Positions 39,715 through 50,024 are shown, numbered from the stretch's first letter. The stretch is DNA of 64,000 nt from a bacterium (GCA_041640295.1 JBEQAR010000003.1:6489-70488), one strand, 5' to 3'. Notes: generated from the sequence alone by a model not told the origin. Numbers and translations: made by a program.

Positions 39715-41157
39715 TTAAGTGATTAAATTATCACCTAAAACAATATCAGTATTAGTATTAATGATTAAACCGCACATTTCTTTTTCTTTAACTTCATTGA
39801 CTGGAATTTTATTTCGTTCTAAACTAATTATTTTACCTTTACCAATTATTACTCCGTTTCTAACAATTAACACTCGGTCATTTAACTTAAATTTTCCTGA
39901 AATCACCTGACCTCCGACTGTTTTTTTATTTGGTGTCTTATTAAAAACTCCTAAAATTTCTAATTCACCTCGGTATTCTTTCTTTTCTTTTCTAATTTCT
40001 ATAATATCTTTCAATTTATCTTCAATTTCATAAATAACATTAGCTTCAACCAAAACAAGATTAAGGTTTTTAATATCATCGTAAATATTTTTAGTTAATT
40101 TAAGATTAAAGGCAATCAAAATGCTATCAGTTTGCTTAGCTAATCTTAAATCTTCAGTAGTAATTGGACCAATATCTTCCTTAACTATTTTAATTTTCAA
40201 ACTATGTTCTTGAGATAATCTTTCTAAAAGATATTCAATGGCTTCTATTGAACCCCACAAATCAGCTTTAAGAATTAAATTGATTTCTAAATTGTAGTTT
40301 TGAGAACTAAAAACAACTTGATTCTTAAAATTAATTTCTTTAACTCTTAATTCTTTTTTTAAATTCTCTAAATTTTCTTTATCAACCAATTTGAAAATTT
40401 CACCTGGTTGAGGTAAAGAATCAAACCCATTAATCAAAATAGGCATTGCTGGGTAAGCTTGATTAATTCTTCTGCCAAAAGCATCTTCTAAAAACTTTAT
40501 TTTCCCTGAAGCTGTAGCTGTAGTTAGATAACTACCTACTGTTACTGTACCATTAGTTACTATTCCACCAACTAAAATACCCTTTTTAACATCTTTAGTT
40601 ATTTCAAGAATATAACCCTCACCTTTAGCATTTTCGTCATGGGTTAATTCTAAAATTTCAGCTAATAATAAAATCATATCTAATAACTCATCAATACCGA
40701 TATTTTTAATAGCAGAAATATTTACCGAAGGAATTTGACCGCCCCAATCTTCCACCAAAACACCCAATTCAGATAATTGTTGTTTAATTTTGTCTGGATT
40801 ACTATTTGGTTTATCAATTTTATTAATAGCAACAATAAATGGTAAATTAAACTTTTTAATATAATCCAAACACTCGATAGTTTGTGGTTTGATTCCCTCA
40901 TCAGCAGCAATAATTAGAATAGCGATATCAGCTATTTGAGCACCCTTTTCTCTTAATTTAAAGAAAGCAGAATGGCCAGGAGTATCAATAAAGGTAATTT
41001 TTTCGTTTTTGTAGTTAATTTCATAAGCACTCACTTTTTGAGTGATTCCTCCAGCTTCTTTATCAACAATTTTAGTATTTTGAATAGTATCTAGCAAAGT
41101 TGATTTTCCATGATCAATATGGCCTAAGATAACTACAATGGGTGGTCTTTTTTTCAT
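39715..41157 (-). CDS. infB: Translation initiation factor IF-2, short form lacking the long N-terminal region. The start is placed at the internal Met (MKKRPPIVVILG) because the longer ORF, which would reach 41208, runs into tRNA-Leu.
   Basis: G domain with ILGHIDHGKSTLLD, DTPGH and NKID. The two beta-barrel domains and the C-terminal domain follow. Confidence 0.85.
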   Translation of the reverse strand: MKKRPPIVVILGHIDHGKSTLLDTIQNTKIVDKEAGGITQKVSAYEINYKNEKITFIDTPGHSAFFKLREKGAQIADIAILIIAADEGIKPQTIECLDYIKKFNLPFIVAINKIDKPNSNPDKIKQQLSELGVLVEDWGGQIPSVNISAIKNIGIDELLDMILLLAEILELTHDENAKGEGYILEITKDVKKGILVGGIVTNGTVTVGSYLTTATASGKIKFLEDAFGRRINQAYPAMPILINGFDSLPQPGEIFKLVDKENLENLKKELRVKEINFKNQVVFSSQNYNLEINLILKADLWGSIEAIEYLLERLSQEHSLKIKIVKEDIGPITTEDLRLAKQTDSILIAFNLKLTKNIYDDIKNLNLVLVEANVIYEIEDKLKDIIEIRKEKKEYRGELEILGVFNKTPNKKTVGGQVISGKFKLNDRVLIVRNGVIIGKGKIISLERNKIPVNEVKEKEMCGLIINTNTDIVLGDNLIT

Positions 41158-41166
41158 AATTAAAAA

Positions 41167-41252
41167 TGGGCAGGGAGGGATTCGAACCCTCACGCTTTTT
41201 TCAAGCACTGGGTCCTAAGCCCAGCGCGTCTACCAAATTCCGCCACCTGCCC
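41167..41252 (-). tRNA. tRNA-Leu (anticodon TAG), class II with long variable arm
   Basis: Reverse complement: GGGCAGG ... ctggg-ctTAGga-cccag, long variable arm, GAGGG-TTCGAAT-CCCTC-CCTGCCC-A. Confidence 0.8.
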
Positions 41253-41362
41253 TTATTTAAATTATCTTAATTATCTTAATGAATATAAAAATAATAAAAA
41301 ACTAAGTGGGTTAAAATTTAATTACTTTATCAAAATTATAACACAGAAAAGATTTTAAAATC

Positions 41363-42745
41363 TTAAAGTTTTGAATTTTTTTTGGTTTTCTTATTATTAA
41401 TTGTTAGTTTTTCAATCGAGGATAATACTGCTTCTTTTTCATCCCAAGGTATTGATTCTCCATCTTTAATAATAGATTTCTCCGCTCCTTTTCCTATTAA
41501 AACAACAATATCGCCTCGTTGAGCTTTTTGAATTAATGTCTCTATCGCTTGCTTACGATCGCTAATAATTTGATAAGGTTTTGAAAAATCATATTCTGAT
41601 AGATAATTTTTTACCCCATGTTCAATTTCTCTCATTATTTTTAAAGGATCTTCGTCATAAGGATCTTCATCAGAAATAACAATTTCTGAACAATATTTAG
41701 CAGCTACTCTACCAATTTCTGGTCTTTTCCATTTATCTCTCAATCCTCCAGCCGAACTCACTAAACATAACAATCTTTTAGGTTTAAAAATTTCTAAAAT
41801 ATTTTTATAAAGTTCTTGGATTGATTCCGGAGTATGAGCATAATCAATAATTATTTTAAAGTTTTTGTAGGTAATGATTTCAAAATGTCCTGGTAAATTA
41901 TCTATTTGAGGCAAAATATCTTTTACTAATTTAATAGAAATATCTAAACTTTTTAAAACTGATAAGGAAGCTAAAATATTATAAAGATTTTGTCTACCTA
42001 ATAATTTAGTGGAATATTGAAAAGATTTACCTTCATTTTCTTCGTTTAGATTAAAATAACTTCCTTTGCTGGTTAATTTATATTTAACTATTTGCAGATG
42101 ATCAGAGGTATTAATACCTTTTTCAAAACCAAAAGTAATTTTCCTTTCGGCTGGAAAAGAGAGAAAATATTCCGACTCATAATCATCAAAATTAGCTATA
42201 ATAGTTTTTTTAATAACCTTTCCCCGGAAAATTTTTCTTTCTCCCTTCAATAAATTTTCAAAAAGTTTACCTTTTGCTCTTTTATAGTTATCAAAGCTAC
42301 CATGATGTTCAATATGTTCGGGATGAATATTTAAAAATACAACAATATCAAAATCAATAAATTTGTGTCTGTTTTGCATTAATCCTTCAGAGGTGGCTTC
42401 AATAACAGCAACTTCGCATTGAGCATCTAATGATTTTTTAAGAAATTCTTGCAAATACCACCTTCCAGGCATAGTTATTCTTGATTTATTTTCTATTTCT
42501 TCATCTCCAAAATAAAAATACTGACTTGAAGAAAGAGAAGTTTTTATTCCTAAATTATTTAAAAGTTTATAAATTAAATAGCAGGTAGTTGTTTTACCTT
42601 TGGTACCGGTAACTCCAATAACAATAATTTTTTTTGAAGGAAATCTAAAAAATACAGCAGAAAAGAATGAATAAAGATAATGATAAAAATTTATTAAAAA
42701 TTTAGGTATTTTTTTGCGAATTTTATTTTTTAACATACCTATCAA
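41363..42745 (-). CDS. murE: Mur ligase family protein, MurE-like, with an N-terminal hydrophobic extension
   Basis: P-loop VIGVTGTKGKTTT. DYAHTP motif (MurE-type). 460 aa. Confidence 0.65.
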   Translation of the reverse strand: MIGMLKNKIRKKIPKFLINFYHYLYSFFSAVFFRFPSKKIIVIGVTGTKGKTTTCYLIYKLLNNLGIKTSLSSSQYFYFGDEEIENKSRITMPGRWYLQEFLKKSLDAQCEVAVIEATSEGLMQNRHKFIDFDIVVFLNIHPEHIEHHGSFDNYKRAKGKLFENLLKGERKIFRGKVIKKTIIANFDDYESEYFLSFPAERKITFGFEKGINTSDHLQIVKYKLTSKGSYFNLNEENEGKSFQYSTKLLGRQNLYNILASLSVLKSLDISIKLVKDILPQIDNLPGHFEIITYKNFKIIIDYAHTPESIQELYKNILEIFKPKRLLCLVSSAGGLRDKWKRPEIGRVAAKYCSEIVISDEDPYDEDPLKIMREIEHGVKNYLSEYDFSKPYQIISDRKQAIETLIQKAQRGDIVVLIGKGAEKSIIKDGESIPWDEKEAVLSSIEKLTINNKKTKKNSKL

Positions 42746-42816
42746 TAATTTTTTCTATTATTTTATTAATTTCTTCTTCAGTTTTTAATTCTCTTCTCAT
42801 TAAACTTTTCATCACT

Positions 42817-43737
42817 CTAATATGTTTTTTTAAATGCCTCGGTAATTTTTTCTTGAATTTTTGTTCTAATTTGTTCATATTGTCCGATGCCATCTTTAGG
42901 TATTAAACCATTAATATAAAAAAAATTCTCATCATCAACCTTAATTTCAAAATAATCGCTTAACCATAAATTTGTATTAAAATCCAAAATAATATCTATA
43001 AATTGCGATTTTTTTAACTTATCAGCTAAATTAAAAATTTCTCTATAATTCAAATTAGTTTCAATATTTCTTTTTGACTGAAGAATTAAATTGGTTAATT
43101 TTAAATATTCGTTAAAAGAAATATTCTTTAATCTCTCTTTGAGAGATTTAATAATTATAAACTGATTTTCCATTCTTGTAAAATCTCCTTGAGGGTAGTA
43201 ACGAGAACGTAAAACAAATTCAATCCATTCACTGTTCAACTTTCTTTTGCCTGCCGGCAAAGTATAGCCAGTAAGAGCATCAGTAACTGGATACTTAAGA
43301 TCAACCTCTAAACCACCTAAGATATCAACAATTTTTTTTATTATATGAATATCAAAAACTACATATTTTTGGACATTAAAACCAGTTAGATTAGAAACTT
43401 CTGCCAACAACTCTCTTTTTTTCCCTAAAGCATATAAAGAATTTATTTTATACAGATTATTATCAACCCTAACTATCAAATCTCTAGGAATGTGAATAAT
43501 ATAAGCTTTGTTTCGCTTCAAATAAACAACAAAGATTGAATCAGTATTTTCTCCTCCTTGATAACCATAGCCCATTTTTCCTAAAAATAAATAAGTTTCC
43601 GGTTTTTCTAACACAAAAAGTTGGGGTAATTCTTTTCTAATAAATTCAATTTTTTTAGTTAAAGTAATATTATTTAATAAAATAGCTAAAACGATAATCA
43701 ACAAACAAAAAAAGATTAAATAAACAATATTTTTCAT
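42817..43737 (-). CDS. LytR-CpsA-Psr (LCP) family cell-envelope phosphotransferase
   Basis: N-terminal TM anchor. YIIHIPRDLIV LCP core motif. 306 aa. Confidence 0.7.
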   Translation of the reverse strand: MKNIVYLIFFCLLIIVLAILLNNITLTKKIEFIRKELPQLFVLEKPETYLFLGKMGYGYQGGENTDSIFVVYLKRNKAYIIHIPRDLIVRVDNNLYKINSLYALGKKRELLAEVSNLTGFNVQKYVVFDIHIIKKIVDILGGLEVDLKYPVTDALTGYTLPAGKRKLNSEWIEFVLRSRYYPQGDFTRMENQFIIIKSLKERLKNISFNEYLKLTNLILQSKRNIETNLNYREIFNLADKLKKSQFIDIILDFNTNLWLSDYFEIKVDDENFFYINGLIPKDGIGQYEQIRTKIQEKITEAFKKTY

Positions 43738-45929
43738 TTTAAGTTAAAAATGAATTCCCCGTTATGATAATCAACATCAATTTCTTTCACATTATGATAT
43801 TCATTTATTTTATTTAAAATTTTTTCATAAATAATTTTATTAAAATAAGATGGAGAATAGCTAATTAAATAATTTTTAACTGAAGAAGAAAGATTGATTT
43901 GACAATTATGTTTTTTTATTAAGTCTAGATTAATTTCCTGAATCAATATTTCTAAAATTTTTTCTTTTTCGGAAAGATTAAGAGATTTAAAAACAATTAT
44001 ATCAGAGAAGGCTTTAACGATTTCTAAACCATAAATATTTATTAACTTATCCTTAATACTTTTCTTGATATCAATTAAAGTTTTACCTTTTTCTATTTCT
44101 TGATTAATAAAATCAGCGAAAAGATGAGAAATAGCAATAATAAGACAGTAATTTAATTCAATAATTTCTCCAGCAGCATTTTTAAAGTAACCATCGTTTA
44201 ATATTGAAATAAAAATTTCTAAAACTTCTTTACTAGCTTCTTCAAAATTATCTAATAATATTAAAGAATAAGGATTGTTTTTAATTTCCGTAGTTAATTT
44301 GCCAGTATTGTTTATTGTCTCTTCGCCAATTAATGATTGGATATCTTTAATCTTACTTAAATCAAAATAAATAATCTTATTATTAAAGTAAATATTAGCT
44401 AAAATTTGAGCTAATCTTTTTTTACCTACTCCACTAGGACCAATAAAAATAAAACTAATGAGTTTTTTAACCGATTTAAGAACTTCAACAACATTTTTAA
44501 CAGCAAACTCTTGATTAACAAATTTTTGATAAATAATCTCTTCTAAATTATCAAAAAAGTATTTTTCTAAGAAAATAAAATTCGAAAAGCCTGTTAGTTT
44601 ACCAAAAACATCACCAACTATTTCTTCGGTAATAACTTTTAAATTATTTTTTTGACAAAAATTGACAATTTCTGTAACTAATTTTCGTGCATCTGATATG
44701 TTATTAAAATGATTTTTTGATAATAGGGCAATTTTTGTTAAAGCCTTTGGTTGAATAATAATTTTATTATTAAGTTCCAAAGCTAAAATTGTTAGTAAAT
44801 CTTTTTCAGAAAAATTACTAATAGTGATAATCTTAAAAAATGTTTTCAATTGAGGAATTTTATCAAGTTTCTTCGGTGTTAAAGAAAGAAAAAGCTTAAT
44901 TGGTGTTTGTTTAAGAAACTTTTCAAAAATATACCAATAATTTTTAAGCAAAAACAATGGCGGGTCGGGTATAAAAACAATAACTTGATCATCATCGCTT
45001 GCTTCTGTTAATAAAGAAATTAATTTATTTTCAAAATTTTCTCGTTCTTTATTGTAAATCTCTTCTAAATCTAAAAAGTTTATTTTTTTATTCAAATAAC
45101 TCTCAGGAGTAATTCCTTGGTCAATTAACCAAATCAATCGTTTAATTAAAGTTCTTTTCCCTACACTTACTGATCCCACTAAGATTAATCGCCAATTTTC
45201 ATTATTTAAAATCTGATTTAGTTCATCTTCATGCCCAATAAAAATATTTTGATTAAAAAATTGATTCTTATAAATTAATAAAAAGGCTGAATAAACATCG
45301 AGGAAGGTAATTTTTAATTTGAATAATAAATTCTCAACTAATGGGGTATTTTTTTCTAAAATAGAAAGTAATAAACCGACTGGCGTTATTTTTTCAAAAT
45401 GAAATGTTACTGAAAATTTATAACTTTGGATAAACAAAGATTGTAAATTTTTATAAATTAAATAATGCTCATCAATTTTTAAATCTAATTTTTTACCGCT
45501 TTCAATATTTGTTAATAAATTATTAATTTCTTTTTTAATAGTTTGTGGTTTGATTTCTAATAAATCGAAAATTTTAATTATTTCTTTAAAATTTAAAAGT
45601 TGATTAACAATTGAGATATCAAGTTGATCGATATTCTTTGATTCAATAACAGCATTTAAAATTGCTAACTTTAATTGATTATCTAAATAATCTTCTAAAT
45701 TTTGACTTTTCTGTAATTTTAAATTTTTTATCGGTAGGTGTTTAAAAATGATTAAGTCAAGCAAAAAAATAGTAAATATCCAAAAACCAATTAAATTTAA
45801 ATACTTTTGTTCAGAAAAAAATAATCCTAAACTAAAAAATATTATTAAGTAATATAAACTAATTGAAATTATTTTAAATAATCGTCTTTGATAATTTTTT
45901 AAGCTTAAACTAAGTAAAAAATTATTCAT
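43734..45929 (-). CDS. Membrane-anchored Hsp100/ClpB-like double AAA+ protein with degenerate catalytic motifs
   Basis: Two N-terminal TM helices. D1 reads LVGSVSVGKRTLIKRLIWLIDQGITPE ... ENFENKLISLL ... VIVFIPD, against ClpB [20 protein letters not shown] ... GEFEERLK ... ILFIDE. D2 reads FIGPSGVGKKRLAQILA ... YSLILLDNFEEA, against ClpB FLGPTGVGKTELAKALA ... YSVILLDEIEKA. Confidence 0.55.
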   Translation of the reverse strand: MNNFLLSLSLKNYQRRLFKIISISLYYLIIFFSLGLFFSEQKYLNLIGFWIFTIFLLDLIIFKHLPIKNLKLQKSQNLEDYLDNQLKLAILNAVIESKNIDQLDISIVNQLLNFKEIIKIFDLLEIKPQTIKKEINNLLTNIESGKKLDLKIDEHYLIYKNLQSLFIQSYKFSVTFHFEKITPVGLLLSILEKNTPLVENLLFKLKITFLDVYSAFLLIYKNQFFNQNIFIGHEDELNQILNNENWRLILVGSVSVGKRTLIKRLIWLIDQGITPESYLNKKINFLDLEEIYNKERENFENKLISLLTEASDDDQVIVFIPDPPLFLLKNYWYIFEKFLKQTPIKLFLSLTPKKLDKIPQLKTFFKIITISNFSEKDLLTILALELNNKIIIQPKALTKIALLSKNHFNNISDARKLVTEIVNFCQKNNLKVITEEIVGDVFGKLTGFSNFIFLEKYFFDNLEEIIYQKFVNQEFAVKNVVEVLKSVKKLISFIFIGPSGVGKKRLAQILANIYFNNKIIYFDLSKIKDIQSLIGEETINNTGKLTTEIKNNPYSLILLDNFEEASKEVLEIFISILNDGYFKNAAGEIIELNYCLIIAISHLFADFINQEIEKGKTLIDIKKSIKDKLINIYGLEIVKAFSDIIVFKSLNLSEKEKILEILIQEINLDLIKKHNCQINLSSSVKNYLISYSPSYFNKIIYEKILNKINEYHNVKEIDVDYHNGEFIFNLK

Positions 45930-46206
45930 TGAAAAAAATTATCCAACTAATTAAAAATGGTAATAACAACCAAAATATAATCATTATTAAAACGACAAGA
46001 AAAATCAAATTATACCAAATAAACCCTAACAAAAAATTAAGTAAATTAAAGGGAAATTTTTTATTAAGCAGATAATTTTTTTCAATAAATTGTTTGTTCT
46101 TATTTAAAACAGAAATAAAAAAAATAATAGCTTCGAAAAAATAAAATTTTAAGAATTTATAAAAAGGCTGACAAATTTCAATAACTAAAGAATAAATTAA
46201 TTTCAT
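45922..46206 (-). CDS. Small hydrophobic membrane protein
   Basis: 94 aa with 3 hydrophobic helices. Overlaps the stop of the upstream gene. Confidence 0.3.
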   Translation of the reverse strand: MKLIYSLVIEICQPFYKFLKFYFFEAIIFFISVLNKNKQFIEKNYLLNKKFPFNLLNFLLGFIWYNLIFLVVLIMIIFWLLLPFLISWIIFFNE

Positions 46207-46231
46207 TTTATAAAATTATATTTTCTTATTT

Positions 46232-47500
46232 TTAAAATAGAGTCTTGGGTGGTTCTTTGATTTCTTTTTTATGAAAATTACTATAATCAAAAATTCTTAT
46301 TTTACCATATTCACCATCATAGCCTGGTTCAATAATTAACTGACCGTTATCTATTTTTTCTAAAGCTTGATAAACTTCTGGATATTTTATTTTCATTTTA
46401 TTTTTATCAAAATTACCTACTAAAATTTCAATTTCCGGACCAAATTCTTGAACAATTTCCAAATAATTATCTAAAACTTTTTTACTCGTTGGATTGGTGT
46501 GGTAAATTTCAGCTAAGATTTCGCTTAAAGGAACTGTTTTTTTAAATGGGGGCCGATTATGATCAACATAATTAACATCTCTTTGAGCTAAACTTTCAAC
46601 TCTATTCATAACTCCCACAGTGATTTTTCTTTGACAAATAGGACAAAGATAATTATTTTTTTTAGATTCATCAGGAGAAAACCTAATTTTGCATAATCTA
46701 TGACCATCGTAATGATATTTACCTTCTTCGGGAAAAAATTCAATAGTCATCACAATTTTATTTTGATTATCTGGAGCTTTTAAGGCTTGATATAAATTTT
46801 GATAAGTTAAATTCTCTAATTCAAAAATAGTTGCCTCTCGTCCGATACGGTGAGGATAAGGAGAATGAGCGTCAGAAAAAGAAACAATAGAAATATTATC
46901 TAATTCTGAAATCCGCCAGTTCATTTGTGGATCTGAAGATAAGCCTGTTTCAACCGCTGAAAGATATTTTGTATTCTCATCAAAAGCTTCATAAATAGAA
47001 TCGAAACCAGACATTGAACCATATAAAGAAAACCACGGGGTCCAGATATGCGCTGGAATAAAAATTACTCGCTCATTAATTTCTAAAGAAATTTTTAAAA
47101 CATCGTTAGCATCTAAACCTAATATTGGTCGACCATCACTGCTTAAATTAGTTAAATGAGAAATTTTTTTATTAAATCTAAATACCGAATCGAAGTCAGG
47201 AAAAATAACCAAATAATGAATTCGCCTTACTTTTTTATTTTTACTATAAATAGAACTTAACTCGCAACTTAAGATAAAATAAACATTATCATCGTTATTT
47301 TTTAGTTTATAAATTCCATCACTAAATTCAACTAATTTTTCCTTCAATTCGTTTAACCACAAAGGATGAGTATAATCGCCAGTAGCAATCAAGTTTAAGC
47401 CTTTTAATTTTCCCCAATAATTCAAATTTTCTAAATTTAAATTTTTTGAACAACCGCGAGAATATTTTGAATGAAGATGTAAATCAGCTGTGATTTTCAT
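46232..47500 (-). CDS. PHP-domain protein with a Zn-finger, resembling endonuclease Q (TIGR00375 family)
   Basis: N-terminal PHP motif MKITADLHLHSKYSRGCS. C-terminal CxxC pair (CKIRF ... CPICQRK). About 420 aa, matching EndoQ size. Confidence 0.55.
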   Translation of the reverse strand: MKITADLHLHSKYSRGCSKNLNLENLNYWGKLKGLNLIATGDYTHPLWLNELKEKLVEFSDGIYKLKNNDDNVYFILSCELSSIYSKNKKVRRIHYLVIFPDFDSVFRFNKKISHLTNLSSDGRPILGLDANDVLKISLEINERVIFIPAHIWTPWFSLYGSMSGFDSIYEAFDENTKYLSAVETGLSSDPQMNWRISELDNISIVSFSDAHSPYPHRIGREATIFELENLTYQNLYQALKAPDNQNKIVMTIEFFPEEGKYHYDGHRLCKIRFSPDESKKNNYLCPICQRKITVGVMNRVESLAQRDVNYVDHNRPPFKKTVPLSEILAEIYHTNPTSKKVLDNYLEIVQEFGPEIEILVGNFDKNKMKIKYPEVYQALEKIDNGQLIIEPGYDGEYGKIRIFDYSNFHKKEIKEPPKTLF

Positions 47501-47523
47501 TTAATTTTTGCTTATCTTCTTAT

Positions 47524-47997
47524 TTATAAGAGATGGTCGGCAATTTTGCTCGCAGCATAAGATTCAGGTTTAATTTTTACTTCAAAACCATAACTTTTAA
47601 TGAGATTAATAATTTCTTTAATAACACTTTTACTTTTTCCATTAGTTCCTAAATCTAAATGAACTTCAAAATCAAATTTAAGTCTTTCGCTAATCAAAAG
47701 CTTAAAAAGCTTTTCGCTAATATTTAAACTTAAAATTGCTTCTTGCCACAGACGAGAATAAAGATCATAATTTTTCAGAGAAAAACTTCTTCGCCAAAAA
47801 TATTTAGCTCCCTGTCCAACTCGATGAATAACAATCACAGAAATAAATTCAACACCTTTGATTCTATTTTCTGAATCAGTACCAACAAAAAGCTTATAAT
47901 TATATTGAGGTTTTTCTAAAATAAAATTTTTGATAATTCGAACAACTTCTTGCGAGGAGACTCTTTGGCCATAAGCTGTTCGAAATTCATTTATCAT
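47524..47997 (-). CDS. YkuK/DUF458-like RNase H-fold protein
   Basis: VGTDSENRIKGVEFISVIVIH resembles the conserved GTDS block of DUF458. 157 aa. Confidence 0.5.
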   Translation of the reverse strand: MINEFRTAYGQRVSSQEVVRIIKNFILEKPQYNYKLFVGTDSENRIKGVEFISVIVIHRVGQGAKYFWRRSFSLKNYDLYSRLWQEAILSLNISEKLFKLLISERLKFDFEVHLDLGTNGKSKSVIKEIINLIKSYGFEVKIKPESYAASKIADHLL

Positions 47998-48000
47998 AAG

Positions 48001-48969
48001 TTAAGTTTTTAATTTATCTATTTTAAAAAATTCGTAATAAATTTCAACTAAGATAACCGAGAATGGTAAAACTGTTAAAATACCCAAAATTCCTCCAAGT
48101 TTAGCACCAATTAAAATGGCTGATAAAGTAATGATTGGTCGAATTTCGAATACTTTGCGAGCAATTAATGGAATTATTAAATTATTTTCTATTTGTTGAA
48201 TTAAAATAAAACCACCGATTACCCAAAAAATTTTATCTGGATCATTGGCTAAGGTAATAAAAATGGCAAAGCTTGCTGAAATAATAGGACCTAAAATAGG
48301 AATAATTTCTGTCAAACCAGCAATAAAAGCAATTAAACCCGCATAAGGAATTTTTAAAACAAACATTAAAATATACACCAAAACAGCGATAATAATCATT
48401 AAAAATATTTGAGCAGAAAGCCAAAAAGCAAATTTTCTTTTTATTCTGATATATAAATTAAGATAAGGTTTTTGGTTTTCGCTTAAAAAAAACTTAAAAA
48501 TATCAGTAATAAAATTGGGTTGAGTAGCAACACAAAAAGAAAGAATGATAATTAAAATAAAATTAAAAATACCTCCCAACAGATTAAAAAAATAAGAAGA
48601 AAAATTGAATAATGTTTCAGGGGTATTTTTTAAAAATCCAGAAAAATAAACAGATAAATTTTTAATACCATAACTTTCTAAAATATCTTGAATTTGTGGA
48701 TAAACACTTTTAATTTCTTTAATGATGATTGGCAGAAGAACATAAATTGAAAAAATTAATATAAAAACAAAAATTAGATATATCAAAATAATATTAATAA
48801 AAAAAGGGATTTTCAAATATCTTTTTATAGCAATTGACCATTCCTGAATAGCAATACCTAAAACAAAAGAAAAAAATAAAATAAAAAAAATATCTCTTAA
48901 GTACCAAAGCAAAATTATAAATGTTGGCACTAACCAAAAATAAATATTTTTCAAAATTTCTTGCTGCAT
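48001..48969 (-). CDS. Putative AI-2E/PerM-like (UPF0118) permease
   Basis: About 8 TM helices, 322 aa, with a large central loop. Architecture only. Confidence 0.4.
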   Translation of the reverse strand: MQQEILKNIYFWLVPTFIILLWYLRDIFFILFFSFVLGIAIQEWSIAIKRYLKIPFFINIILIYLIFVFILIFSIYVLLPIIIKEIKSVYPQIQDILESYGIKNLSVYFSGFLKNTPETLFNFSSYFFNLLGGIFNFILIIILSFCVATQPNFITDIFKFFLSENQKPYLNLYIRIKRKFAFWLSAQIFLMIIIAVLVYILMFVLKIPYAGLIAFIAGLTEIIPILGPIISASFAIFITLANDPDKIFWVIGGFILIQQIENNLIIPLIARKVFEIRPIITLSAILIGAKLGGILGILTVLPFSVILVEIYYEFFKIDKLKT

Positions 48970-48992
48970 TTTTATAATTATAAACCTAAAAA

Positions 48993-50024
48993 TTAAATTT
49001 TTAGTGTGGGGAAAATTTCTAACTTGTCTGAACTAATAGCTTGTTGAGTAAAAAAATAACCAGTAAAAGCTATTTTAATTCCGTTATCAGTAGCTAATTG
49101 TTTTGGTGGAAAAATTAATTTATCTTTACCAAAATATTTTTTAAAAATTGATCTTAAGAATTGATTAGAGGCAACGCCACCGCTAATAATAATTGATCTT
49201 GGTTTAAATTTTTCATAAGCTTTTTTAGTTTTTATTAATAGAACTTCAAAAGCAATTTTTTGACAAGAGGCAGCTAAATCAGCTTTTGTATTATCATCCA
49301 GTTTTTTGTATTTTTTAACTTCTTCCACTAATTCCCAAAAGGCTGTTTTTAGGCCAGAAAAACTAAAATTAAAATTATTAGTCATTAACATTGGATAAGG
49401 TAAATTAAATATTGCTTTTCCTTTTCTAGCTAATTTTTCCAATTTCGGACCACCGGGGTATTCTAAACCTAAAATTCTAGCTGATTTATCTAAACTTTCT
49501 CCAACAGCATCATCAATAGTCTCGCCAATTTTTTTAAATTTAGTTAATGATTCAAAGTAAACTAAAATGGTATGACCACCAGAGATTAAAAGACCTAAAG
49601 CAGGAAAGTTTATTTTTTTAATCTCTTGAAAAATATTCAATCTATTTTGGGGTATTAAAACTGAATAAAAGTGGGCAAGTAAATGATTAACTGGAATAAC
49701 TTTTTTATCCAACTTATTTGCCAAATCAACAACAAATTCTTTGCCGGCAACTAAAGCTGGAGGTAATCCTGGACCATTTGCAAAAGAAATAAAATCAATG
49801 TTTTTCTCATCAAAATTAATTTCTTGAATTAAGTTTTTGTATAAAATAGGGAGATTTTTTTTATGTTCTCGGGCAGCTAAAATTGGCACTATTCCGCCGT
49901 AAGGAGAATGGATCTTAAATTGACTTCTTAGTTTATGGTTTAATATTTTAAACTTAGAATTCTTAAACTCAATTAAAGCTAAGCCTGTTTCATCGCAAGT
50001 AGTTTCAATACCCAAAATGATCAT
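48993..50024 (-). CDS. tsaD: tRNA N6-adenosine threonylcarbamoyltransferase (Kae1/TsaD)
   Basis: MIILGIETTCDETGLALI N-terminus. GGVASN motif. 343 aa. Confidence 0.85.
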   Translation of the reverse strand: MIILGIETTCDETGLALIEFKNSKFKILNHKLRSQFKIHSPYGGIVPILAAREHKKNLPILYKNLIQEINFDEKNIDFISFANGPGLPPALVAGKEFVVDLANKLDKKVIPVNHLLAHFYSVLIPQNRLNIFQEIKKINFPALGLLISGGHTILVYFESLTKFKKIGETIDDAVGESLDKSARILGLEYPGGPKLEKLARKGKAIFNLPYPMLMTNNFNFSFSGLKTAFWELVEEVKKYKKLDDNTKADLAASCQKIAFEVLLIKTKKAYEKFKPRSIIISGGVASNQFLRSIFKKYFGKDKLIFPPKQLATDNGIKIAFTGYFFTQQAISSDKLEIFPTLKI

